Source of the DNA: Pseudomonadota bacterium
Lineage (GTDB): Archaea > Thermoplasmatota > SW-10-69-26 > JACQPN01 > JAJPHT01
Assembly: GCA_021325135.1 (NCBI GenBank)
Contig: JAJPHT010000020.1
Coordinates: 64,001-128,000 of the forward strand
Direction of reading: 5' to 3'
DNA: 64,000 nt
The notes beneath the pieces were generated by a model. That model saw only the letters and a program-made list of their open reading frames with translations. It was not told the origin of the DNA and ran no database searches. How positions within the stretch are numbered: position 1 is the first letter of the stretch; every line of letters starts with the position of its first letter. The position numbers and the translations under genes were made by a program. Below, piece by piece: positions 47,955 through 56,614 of the stretch.

Positions 47955-50888
47955 GTGACGAGCGAGACGCGCGCCGACGTGGCCGCCATCGAGGAGAAGT
48001 GGCAGAGGCGCTGGGCGGAGTCGCATGCCCACGAGCCGCACCCGCAGCCGGGCCGGCCGAAGTTCTTCGCCACCTACCCGTACTCGTACATGAACGCCTT
48101 CGCCCACGTAGGGCACGCGTTCACCATGCTGCGCAGCGACCTCCTGGTGCGCTATCACCGCATGCTGGGGCACAACGTCCTCTTCCCCTTCGCGTTCCAC
48201 GTCACGGGCACGCCCATCGTGGCGGCCGCCAACCGCGTGCGCGAAGGGGACGCCCAGCAGATCAAGATCCTCCAGGACCAGGGCATCCCCGCCTCCGACG
48301 TGCCGAGGTTCGCGGACCCGGTCCACTGGGTGCGCTACTTCCCGCCCAAGTGGCGCGAGGACGTCACGCGCCTGGGGGCGCACGTCGACTGGCGCCGCGA
48401 GTTCATCACCACCGACCTCAACCCGCACTACGACGCGTTCATCCAGTGGCAGTTCCGCAAGCTGGGCGAGAAGCGGCGCGTCGCCAAGGGGCGCCACGCC
48501 GTCATCTGGTGCCCCAAGGACAACGCGGTGGTGGCGGACCACGACCGCTACAGCGGCGAGGGCGAGACGCCCCAGGAGTGGACGCTCTACAAGATGCCCC
48601 TGGAGGCGCCCGAGGCGCTGGGCCTCCACGGCAAGGTCCACCTCGTCGCGGCGACCCTGCGCCCCGACACCGCGTTCGGGCAGACCAACGTCTGGGTCGA
48701 CCCCGCGCATCGCTATCACGTCATGGAGAAGGGCGCGGAGCGCTGGATCGTCAACGCCACGAGCGCGCGCGACCTGCCCTTCCAGTTCGACGACCTGCGC
48801 GACACCGGCGCCACGGTCGAAGGGGCGAAGCTCCTGGGCCACCGCGTCCAGGCTCCCGGCACCGGCGCGTCCATCCCCGTCCTTCCCGCCGCGTTCATCC
48901 GCCACGAGAAGGGCACGGGCATCGTCACGAGCGTCCCCAGCGACTCGCCCCAGGACCTCCTCTCGCTGCGCGCCGCGCAGGCCGAGGAGGGGGCCATCGG
49001 CGCGATCGCGCGTGACATCACTCCCATCCCCGTCATCGAGACCGCGAAGTACGGCGCGGAGAGCGCCGCCAGGGCCGTCGAGGAGACCGGCGCCCGCGAC
49101 CACAAGGACGCCGCCAAGATCGCCGAGGCCACCGAGAAGGCGTACCAGGCGGGCTTCTACGAGGGCGTCATGCTGCCCAACGCCAAGGCGTTCGCCGGCA
49201 TGAAGGTCAGCGACGCCAAGGAGAAGATCAAGGCGTGGCTCGTCTCGCGCCACGAGGCCGTCGTGGGCTACTGGCCCTCCGCGCCCGTCGTCTGCCGCTG
49301 CCTCACGCCCAGCGTCGTGAAGATCGTCAGCGACCAGTGGTTCATCCAGTACGGCGACGACGCGTGGAAGAAGGAGGCGCACGACGCGCTGGACCGCATG
49401 GCGTTCTACCCGCCGCTTGCGCGCAAGCAGTTCGAGCACGTCGTCGACTGGCTGCGCGGCTGGGCCTGCACGCGCGAGCACGGCCTGGGCTCGCACCTGC
49501 CCCAGGACCCGCGCTGGCTCATCGAGTCGCTCTCCGACAGCACCATCTACATGGCGTACTACACCGTCGCGCACCTGCTGGAGAAGCAGAGCCCCAGCGG
49601 CGGCCCCGCGCGCTACGGCGTCGACGCCAAGGACCTCTCCGACGCGTTCTTCGACCACGTCCTCCTGGGCAAGGGCTCCGCGAAGGACGCGGCCAGGGGC
49701 ACCGTCACGGTGGACCTGGTGGAGAAGGCGCGGGCGGAGTTCGCCTACTGGTATCCGCTGGACTTCCGCAACTCGGGCAAGGACCTGGTGCAGAACCACC
49801 TCACGTTCATGGTGTTCAACCACGCCGCCATCTGGGACGACCCCAAGTGGTGGCCGCGCTCCATCGGCGTCAACGGCTGGGTCATGGTGGACGGCGAGAA
49901 GATGAGCAAGAGCCGCGGCAACTTCATCACGCTGCGGCAGGCCCTCGACCAGTACGGCGCCAGCGCCACGCGCTTCGCCCTGGCCTTCGCGGGCGAGGGC
50001 GTGGACGACGCCAACTTCGACCGAGACGTCGCCGCGCAGAGCGGCCGCAAGCTGCGCGCGTGGGTGGAGCTCGCCACCGGCCCGCAGGAGACGCGCGACG
50101 GGCCCCTCACCACCGTGGACCGATGGCTCCTGGGCGCCCTGGACCGCCTCGTCGCCGAGACGCGCCAGAACATGGAGGAGACGAACTTCCGCAGCGCCAT
50201 CAAGACCGGCTTCCACGACGCGCAGCGCGAGTGGAGCTGGTACGTGCGCCGCGCCGGAGGCACGCCCCACAAGCAGGTGTGGGACCGCTTCTGCCGCGTG
50301 CAGAACGCCATGCTCACCCCCTTCGTGCCCGCCATCGCCTGCGAGGTCCACGAGGCCCGCGGGTGGCCCGGCCACGCGCTGGACGTGGAGTACCCCGCGC
50401 CCGCCGGGTCTGCGGACCCCGCGCTGGAGGAGAGCGAGCGGTTCGTGCGCGACCTCCTGGATGACGTGCGCAACATCCTCAAGGTCACGAAGATCGCGCC
50501 CAAGCGCATGGCGCTCACCACCGCGCCGTCGTGGAAGCGCAGGTTCCACGAGATCGCCCTCGACCTCGCGCGGCGCAAGGAGCTGACCGTGCCCGCGCTC
50601 ATGAAGGCCAGCATGGCGGACCCCGACGTGCGCGCCAAGGGCTCCAAGGACGCGCCCAAGCTCGCCGCCGACGCCGTGAAGGCCCTGGCCAACCTGGGCG
50701 AGGCTGAGCTTGCCGCGCGCTCCCTCGCGCTGGACGAGACGGCCATCCTGCGCGAGAGCGTGCCCTTCCTCCAGGCGGAGTTCGGCTGCGAGGTGCTCGT
50801 CCAGAGCGCGGACGCTCCCGACTTGCAGGACCTCGGCGGCAAGGCGCGCTTCGCCAATGTGCGCAAGCCCGCCGTCTTCATGGAGTAG
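47955..50888 (+). CDS. leuS: Leucine--tRNA ligase (archaeal type)
   Basis: PYSYMN.FAHVGH, FHVTGTPI, GTGIVTSVPSDSP, ESLSDSTIY, SGKDL..NH, KMSKS. Confidence 0.97.
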   Translation: MTSETRADVAAIEEKWQRRWAESHAHEPHPQPGRPKFFATYPYSYMNAFAHVGHAFTMLRSDLLVRYHRMLGHNVLFPFAFHVTGTPIVAAANRVREGDAQQIKILQDQGIPASDVPRFADPVHWVRYFPPKWREDVTRLGAHVDWRREFITTDLNPHYDAFIQWQFRKLGEKRRVAKGRHAVIWCPKDNAVVADHDRYSGEGETPQEWTLYKMPLEAPEALGLHGKVHLVAATLRPDTAFGQTNVWVDPAHRYHVMEKGAERWIVNATSARDLPFQFDDLRDTGATVEGAKLLGHRVQAPGTGASIPVLPAAFIRHEKGTGIVTSVPSDSPQDLLSLRAAQAEEGAIGAIARDITPIPVIETAKYGAESAARAVEETGARDHKDAAKIAEATEKAYQAGFYEGVMLPNAKAFAGMKVSDAKEKIKAWLVSRHEAVVGYWPSAPVVCRCLTPSVVKIVSDQWFIQYGDDAWKKEAHDALDRMAFYPPLARKQFEHVVDWLRGWACTREHGLGSHLPQDPRWLIESLSDSTIYMAYYTVAHLLEKQSPSGGPARYGVDAKDLSDAFFDHVLLGKGSAKDAARGTVTVDLVEKARAEFAYWYPLDFRNSGKDLVQNHLTFMVFNHAAIWDDPKWWPRSIGVNGWVMVDGEKMSKSRGNFITLRQALDQYGASATRFALAFAGEGVDDANFDRDVAAQSGRKLRAWVELATGPQETRDGPLTTVDRWLLGALDRLVAETRQNMEETNFRSAIKTGFHDAQREWSWYVRRAGGTPHKQVWDRFCRVQNAMLTPFVPAIACEVHEARGWPGHALDVEYPAPAGSADPALEESERFVRDLLDDVRNILKVTKIAPKRMALTTAPSWKRRFHEIALDLARRKELTVPALMKASMADPDVRAKGSKDAPKLAADAVKALANLGEAELAARSLALDETAILRESVPFLQAEFGCEVLVQSADAPDLQDLGGKARFANVRKPAVFME

Positions 50889-50907
50889 GGGCTGGTCCTC
50901 GGGTCAG

Positions 50908-51010
50908 GGGTCCAAAGAACGCGATGAGCGCCACGAGCGCGAAGGACGCGACGACGAAAGACGCCATCGCAACCTTGGCGCTCTTCGCGCTCGTCGCGTT
51001 CTTTGGACCC
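50908..51010. repeat. 103-bp palindromic element with 17-bp perfect terminal inverted repeats and 9-mer periodic arms
   Basis: gggtccaaagaacgcga ... tcgcgttctttggaccc, just after the leuS stop. Confidence 0.8.
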
Positions 51011-51147
51011 GAACCCAGAAGGAGGCAACACCTCGGCTGCCTGCCTTGAAGAGGGGCAAGGCCTGGAAGCTTCCACTCCGTTCAACGAATGCGCCAACAA
51101 GGACGACCTGGAAGGCGGCGTTGGGGCGGCATCCGGAGGCAACCACC

Positions 51148-52119
51148 ATGCGAACGCTCGCGGCACTCCTCTCCCTCGCGGCCCTGCTCGCCGCGGGATG
51201 CATCTCGCCCGACCAGGCCCCGACCAACGGCAGCGCGACGCCCGCGGCGCCCACCCCCGCGGACCGCATCGACGGCATGACCGCGGAAGCCCAGAAGACC
51301 GACAAGGCCGTCGACTGCAGCAACGGCGGCACGGAGGTCCCGCCGAGGTACTGCGCCGAGCGGAACCTCACCGTCACGGGGCGCATCGGCGTCGCCTCGC
51401 TGCCCGTCTCCCTCACCGGGACCAACGGCGGCATCACCGTGCGCGCCGGCGAGGGCGACGCGTGGAGCTTCCACGCGGTGGTGCGCGTCTCGGCGCCCAC
51501 GCAGGACATGGCCAACCAGGCGCTGGACACCGCGTGGACGTGGAGCCACGAGTCGGACGGCAGGCACGCCTTCCGCGCCGGGCCCGCGCAGGCCCCCGTC
51601 GCCACGCCCGCGCCCCTCCCGGTGGGCGCGCCGGTGGGCGCCGCGCAGGTGGTCAGCACGCGCTACGAGCTGGTCCTCCCCGCGTGGGTCGTCCTCGACT
51701 CCGTGAGCGCGCAGGGCGACAACGGCGGCGTCCTCGTCACCGGCTTCCGCGCCGGCAAGGCCGACCTCTCCACCACCAACGGGGGCGTCTCCTTCCTGGG
51801 CTCCGCCGAGGCCGTCTCCCTGAGCACCACCAACGGCGGCGCGACGCTGGACCTTACGCCCACCGCCACGGGCTCCGTGAGCGTCACGACCACCAACGGC
51901 GGCGTCACCGCCACGATCCACCGCGCGTTGGGGCTCGGCGTCGACCTCGACGCCAAGAGCACCAACGGCGCGGTCACGCTCAACCTCTCGGGCGGCCAGC
52001 TGACGACCAACGAGCGCGCGCACAAGCACTTCCGCAGCGACGGCTTCGACGGCGCCGCCATCCAGACCACGATGACGCTGGGCACGACCAACGGCGGCAT
52101 CGTCGCCACGGACGGCTGA
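51148..52119 (+). CDS. DUF4097-like beta-strand repeat lipoprotein
   Basis: LLAAGC lipobox; repeated TTNGGV/TNGGI. Confidence 0.85.
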   Translation: MRTLAALLSLAALLAAGCISPDQAPTNGSATPAAPTPADRIDGMTAEAQKTDKAVDCSNGGTEVPPRYCAERNLTVTGRIGVASLPVSLTGTNGGITVRAGEGDAWSFHAVVRVSAPTQDMANQALDTAWTWSHESDGRHAFRAGPAQAPVATPAPLPVGAPVGAAQVVSTRYELVLPAWVVLDSVSAQGDNGGVLVTGFRAGKADLSTTNGGVSFLGSAEAVSLSTTNGGATLDLTPTATGSVSVTTTNGGVTATIHRALGLGVDLDAKSTNGAVTLNLSGGQLTTNERAHKHFRSDGFDGAAIQTTMTLGTTNGGIVATDG

Positions 52120-52121
52120 GG

Positions 52122-52292
52122 TCAGAGGAAGCGCCGCTGCCGCATCCGCTCGCGCAGGTACGCGCGCAACGCCTCCGCGTCGTGGGCCCACGGCGCGCGC
52201 CCCTCCCGCGCCAGCGCGGCGCTGAGCGCGTCCAGGAGCGCGTGCGCCTCGCGGCGGTCCACGTCGAAGCGGATCCTCTCGGGCGCGCGCAT
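52122..52292 (-). CDS. Small hypothetical protein
   Basis: MRAPERIRFDVDRREAHALL...; fills gap. Confidence 0.45.
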   Translation of the reverse strand: MRAPERIRFDVDRREAHALLDALSAALAREGRAPWAHDAEALRAYLRERMRQRRFL

Positions 52293-52388
52293 CGCCATGA
52301 CCACCGGCGGCCCGCCCTCTTCCCCGTTCGCCCCGCCAGCGAGGACGGGGCTAGAACCCACAAGCGCGCGCACGCCCGGGACGAGGCC

Positions 52389-52970
52389 ATGCCCGTCCGC
52401 GTCCTGGGCCTGGGCGGAAGCCTCGCCAGGCCAAGCGCCAGCCTCGCCGCCCTCCGCGTCGCCCTGGAAGGCGCCCAAGCGGCGGGCGCGCAGGTCGAGC
52501 TCCTCGACGTGCGCGAGCTCGACCTGCCCCTCTACTCGCCCGACCTGGAGACGCCGCCCCGCGACGCGCAGCGCCTCGCCGACGCGACCTTCCGCGCGCA
52601 GGGCCTCCTCTGGTCGAGCCCCCTCTACCACGGCACCATCAGCGGGTCCTTCAAGAACGCCCTCGACTGGCTGGAATTGCTATCGACGCGCGACCCGCCC
52701 TACCTCGCCGAGAAGGTCGTGGGGCTCATCAGCACCGCGGGCGGCGTGCAGGGCCTCCAGGCGGTGAACACCATGGAGTTCGTCGTCCGCGCGCTGCGCG
52801 GCTGGGCCGTCCCCATGGTCATCCCCATCGCGCGCGCCGCCGACGCGTTCGACGCCGAAGGCCAGCCCACCGACCCGCGCATCGAGACGCAGCTCCACAT
52901 GCTGGGCCGGGAGGTCGTCCACGGCGCGCGCCACTTCGCCGCCGCCGAGGCGCACCAGGCGCCCGCCTGA
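52389..52970 (+). CDS. NADPH-dependent FMN reductase
   Basis: GGSLA, SSPLYHGTISGSFKNALDW, KVVGLISTAGG. Confidence 0.92.
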   Translation: MPVRVLGLGGSLARPSASLAALRVALEGAQAAGAQVELLDVRELDLPLYSPDLETPPRDAQRLADATFRAQGLLWSSPLYHGTISGSFKNALDWLELLSTRDPPYLAEKVVGLISTAGGVQGLQAVNTMEFVVRALRGWAVPMVIPIARAADAFDAEGQPTDPRIETQLHMLGREVVHGARHFAAAEAHQAPA

Positions 52971-52972
52971 GA

Positions 52973-53045
52973 TGGGCCCAGCAGGATTCGAACCTGCGGC
53001 ATTCGCCTTGTAAGAGCGACGTCCTAACCCCTGAACGATGGGCCC
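52973..53045 (-). tRNA. tRNA-Val (TAC)
   Basis: Cloverleaf GGGCCCA...TCGCT-CT TAC AA-GGCGA...GGTTCGAATCC...TGGGCCC-A; no encoded CCA. Confidence 0.93.
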
Positions 53046-53195
53046 GCGCCGCGCCATCGGAAGGGGTGCCACAAAAGACCTTCCCCGCGCGCGGCGCCGC
53101 CCGGGAACGCCGCCACCGGGGGCCGCAAACCCCATAAAGGGGAACCGCAATCGAGGCGCGCCCCCCGGGGTCATGCCCGGGAGAAGCACCACAAC

Positions 53196-53268
53196 AGCCC
53201 CGTGGTCTAGTGGCCAATGATTCGGGACTCTGGATCCTGCGACCGCGGTTCGAATCCGTGCGGGGCTA
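53196..53268 (+). tRNA. tRNA-Gln (CTG)
   Basis: AGCCCCG...CGGGA-CT CTG GA-TCCTG...GGTTCGAATCC...CGGGGCT-A; A1-U72 as in archaeal tRNA-Gln. Confidence 0.93.
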
Positions 53269-53281
53269 TTCACAACAGCGG

Positions 53282-53641
53282 CTACCAGATCGGGTTGCCG
53301 CAGGCTTCGCACTCGCCGCAGAGCCATTCTCCGTGGAGCGGGTCGATCTCGACGCCGATGTAAGCCCAGCCGTCGTGGCAGACGGGGCCGCACTCCGCGT
53401 AGCCCAGGCAGACGGGGACGGTGGGGTTGGGCGGCTGGCAGAGGGTGGTGATGCGGCAGGGGTCCTGCACGCAGACGGGCGCGGGGGCGCTGGGCGTGCC
53501 GGCGCAGACGAGGCCGGGGCACGTCGATTGGGTCTGGTCCGTGCATGCGAGCTGCGGGATGGCGTCCGCGGCGGGGGCGAGGATGCCGATGGCGCTGCCG
53601 GTGACGGCGAGGACGAGGATGGCCGTGATGCTGAGCTTCAT
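53282..53641 (-). CDS. Small secreted disulfide-rich protein
   Basis: Signal peptide + 12 Cys in ~90 aa; AGGAG SD. Confidence 0.7.
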   Translation of the reverse strand: MKLSITAILVLAVTGSAIGILAPAADAIPQLACTDQTQSTCPGLVCAGTPSAPAPVCVQDPCRITTLCQPPNPTVPVCLGYAECGPVCHDGWAYIGVEIDPLHGEWLCGECEACGNPIW

Positions 53642-53725
53642 GGTGGGGACTCCTGCGCCCCGGCGAGCGCCGCGCGGCGTCATAGCCTCTTCCGCGCGGC
53701 GCGGGCTGCAGCCGTTCGGCTGCGA

Positions 53726-54106
53726 TCAGGTGGTCGCGGCCGGCTCCTTCTGCGTGGACGGGTCCGTGATCCACATGGCGTAGGCGTTGGCGCCGCACGC
53801 GACGAAGGCGAGGACCGCGCTGGTGGCGCGGTAGGCTGGCGTCGCGTCGGCGAGGAGCGCGAAGCCCACGATCCACGCGGCGGCGGCAAATCCCGCGAGC
53901 CACGGCCACGAGGCCTGCCGCGCGAGGGCCCGCGGCGCCTGGCGCGCTCCGAGGGCGCCCAGGGCCACGAGGGCGCCGCCGGTGAGGAAGGCGTTCAGGG
54001 CCGCCGCGTCGCCCACGTGGGACGTCAGCGGGAGGACGGGCACGACGAGGCCCGTTCCCATGCTGATCCCTGCGGCGGCTTCGATCCGGGCTCGTCGCGA
54101 GGGCAT
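53726..54106 (-). CDS. Small 4-TM membrane protein (SPW-repeat-like)
   Basis: Hydrophobic helices; GGAGG SD. Confidence 0.55.
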   Translation of the reverse strand: MPSRRARIEAAAGISMGTGLVVPVLPLTSHVGDAAALNAFLTGGALVALGALGARQAPRALARQASWPWLAGFAAAAWIVGFALLADATPAYRATSAVLAFVACGANAYAMWITDPSTQKEPAATT

Positions 54107-54180
54107 CCGGTCGTCCGTCCTCCGTTCTCAGAGGGTGTGGTCGCTTCCTCCTCTTATCCTCTCCGCCGCTCCCGGGGGCG

Positions 54181-55485
54181 TCACCCCTCGCGTTGCGGCA
54201 GCGCGAGCGTGAACGCGGCGCCCTTGCCGCGCCCTTCGCTCTCCACCCAGACGCGGCCGCCGTGCGCCTCGGCGAGGCCGCGGGAGATGTAGAGGCCCAG
54301 CCCGGAGCCGCGCTCCTTGACCTCGCCGCGCTCGTGGACCTGCGTGAACGGGTGGAAGAGGCGGCCCATCTCGTCCGGCGTGAGGCCGCGTCCGGTGTCG
54401 CGCACGCGCAGGCGCGCCTCGCCCTCCTCGGCGCAGCCCTCCAGCGTGACGGTGCCTCCGGAGGGCGTGAACTTCAGCGCGTTGGTGAGGAGGTTGTAGA
54501 GGACCTGCGTCACGCGCTCGGGGTCCGCCTGGACGGGCAGGCCCGCGTCGAGGCGCGCAAGGAGGGTGAGCCCGCGCGCCTCGGCGTCGGCGCGGAAGGC
54601 GTCCACCGCGGACTGGGCCAGCGCGCGCAGGTCCACGGGCTGCGGGTCGCAGCGCAGGGCGCCCGCCTCCAGGCGCGCGAGGTCCTTGATGTCGGCGACC
54701 AAGCGCTCCATCTGGGCGAGGTTGCGGCGCAGGAGGACCACGCGCTCGGGGGGCACGGCGCGGTCCGCGGGGATGAGGCTCATCTGGAGCTTCAGCGGCG
54801 TGAGCGGCGTCGCGAGGTCGTGCGCCAGGGTGTTGAGCATCTGCACGCGCAGGGCCTCCTGCTCGCGCAGGCGCGCCGCCATGCGCTCCAGCTCCTCCAG
54901 GTCGCGCTCGCGCAGGAGGGCCGAGTTCACGATGAGGCCCGAGGCGAGGAAGAGGAAGAAGGGGAGCGTGAGGGCGTTGCCCAGGCCGCCGGCCGCGGGG
55001 GCCAGGAGGACGGCCACGGCGCTCGCGCCTAGGACATTGACGCCCGCGATGAGCGCGGCGCCCCAGGAGCCCAGGAGCAGGCTCGCCATGAAGATGGGGA
55101 GGGCGAGGAAAAAGAGCGTCATGCCGCCGCCCGTGGAGGGGAGCGCGAGGAGCCACGCGCCCCAGATGGCGGCCGAGGTCACGAGGATCGCGAGGTAGGA
55201 GGCCACGACATAGCGACGGCTCAGGCTCACGGGGTAGAGGCCCACCAGGAGCGCGACCGTGCCCGTCATGATCCACAACTGGGGGCCCAGGGGAGGGGGC
55301 GCGGCGCCCGGAAGAAGGACGGTGAGCGCGGCGGCGAGCGCGCCCAGGGGGATGAGGATGGTGAGAAAAAGAGCGGTGTAACGGGAGCGTCGCCGCGCCT
55401 CGGCCCCCTCGACGCTCCGGGCCGGCTCGATGAGCCGGTCCAGGCGCGCCCGCCAGGCGGGACGTCGAGCGAGGGGCGCCGACAT
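54181..55485 (-). CDS. Membrane sensor histidine kinase
   Basis: AHDLATPLT H-box, NLLTNALKFT, DTGRG, GSGLGL; ~6 TM helices. Confidence 0.95.
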   Translation of the reverse strand: MSAPLARRPAWRARLDRLIEPARSVEGAEARRRSRYTALFLTILIPLGALAAALTVLLPGAAPPPLGPQLWIMTGTVALLVGLYPVSLSRRYVVASYLAILVTSAAIWGAWLLALPSTGGGMTLFFLALPIFMASLLLGSWGAALIAGVNVLGASAVAVLLAPAAGGLGNALTLPFFLFLASGLIVNSALLRERDLEELERMAARLREQEALRVQMLNTLAHDLATPLTPLKLQMSLIPADRAVPPERVVLLRRNLAQMERLVADIKDLARLEAGALRCDPQPVDLRALAQSAVDAFRADAEARGLTLLARLDAGLPVQADPERVTQVLYNLLTNALKFTPSGGTVTLEGCAEEGEARLRVRDTGRGLTPDEMGRLFHPFTQVHERGEVKERGSGLGLYISRGLAEAHGGRVWVESEGRGKGAAFTLALPQREG

Positions 55486-55551
55486 TCGGGCCGCTCTCTC
55501 GGCGCGGCGCTCTTCAAGGTGTCGTCGGGACCGTTTCCGGAGTCCGGAGAC

Positions 55552-55734
55552 CTACACCGTGCGGCCGGGGCCGGTGCGCCCGGTGACGAGGTGGTAGATG
55601 CCCAGGATGATGCCGACGACCACGAGGATCCAGCCGATGTACATCAGGGGGCCCGCCAGCACGCCGAAGAACGGCAGGATGCTGAGGATGAGGCCGATGA
55701 CGAGCAGGGTGATGCCAAGTCCGAGCGTTTGCAT
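55552..55734 (-). CDS. Small 2-TM membrane protein
   Basis: 60-aa hydrophobic ORF, high GC3. Confidence 0.7.
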   Translation of the reverse strand: MQTLGLGITLLVIGLILSILPFFGVLAGPLMYIGWILVVVGIILGIYHLVTGRTGPGRTV

Positions 55735-55867
55735 GCCCTTGGCTGCCCTCGCGGGGGGTTAGCTCGTTGTGGCCGGAAGCTCGGTGGAGGCCTCCTGGTG
55801 GGCGCCTGACCGAACGGGTGCGGCGCGAGCTTCACCCCGATCAGACGCCGTTCTCAGGCCTGAGACC

Positions 55868-56221
55868 ATGGTCGGCCCCTCCTCCCCCCTCCGATCCGAG
55901 CGCGTCTACGAAGCCCTCTCCGACGCCCACGCGCGCCGCGTCGTGGCCGCCTGCGTGCCGTGCGCGAAGTCCGTGAAGCAGATCAGCCAGGAGGCGGACC
56001 TGCCGCTCGCCACGGCCTACCGGCAGGTGGGCCGCCTGGTGGAGCGGGGGGTCCTCGTCGTGGAGCGGCGCGCGTTCACGCCGGAGGGGCGCATCTGCGA
56101 CCTCTTCCGCTCGCGCATCCGCTCGGCGAGGATCGAGCTGGACGCCGCGGGCGAGCGCGTCGCGTGGGAGCCCAACGAGGCGCTCGCGGGGCCGCCCGCG
56201 GGCTGGCCGGCCCTGGCGTGA
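55868..56221 (+). CDS. ArsR-like HTH protein
   Basis: EALSDAHARR...SVKQISQEADLPLATAYRQVGRL. Confidence 0.85.
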   Translation: MVGPSSPLRSERVYEALSDAHARRVVAACVPCAKSVKQISQEADLPLATAYRQVGRLVERGVLVVERRAFTPEGRICDLFRSRIRSARIELDAAGERVAWEPNEALAGPPAGWPALA

Positions 56222-56229
56222 CCGCCGCG

Positions 56230-56547
56230 TCACGGCGCCGACAGCGGCGTGTTGGCCTTCGCCTGCGACATGGCGACCGCGGCGGCGGAGAGCGCCCAGG
56301 TGGCGGCGCGCACCGTGCTCTCGAAGTCGGCGCCCGTCTCGGCCATGTGGCGCAGCGAGTCGGCGGCTTCGCGCGCCTGCTCGGCCGCGCGCGTGGCGAC
56401 GTGGGTCTCGCGGCCCGGGCCGGAGTGGAGGAGGGCAAGGGCGCTGGCCTCGTCGGCGAGGATGCTGGCGATGCGCGCGAACTCCCCGGCGCGGGACGCG
56501 AGGCGCTTCGGGTCTGACGTGGTCGGGATGCGGACAGCCTCGGTCAT
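56230..56547 (-). CDS. Helical hypothetical protein
   Basis: MTEAVRIPTTSDPKRLA... Confidence 0.5.
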   Translation of the reverse strand: MTEAVRIPTTSDPKRLASRAGEFARIASILADEASALALLHSGPGRETHVATRAAEQAREAADSLRHMAETGADFESTVRAATWALSAAAVAMSQAKANTPLSAP

Positions 56548-56614
56548 GGGGACCGGGCGGCGGCGTTCGCGGGGGCGTGGATGGTCCTTCCGGGGCAAAC
56601 CTCGAAGGGTTGTG

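Noticed and set aside
52973-56600. Integrated element at the tRNA pair
   Set aside because: No integrase, no duplicated tRNA 3' end (att site) seen, and no viral or plasmid genes.
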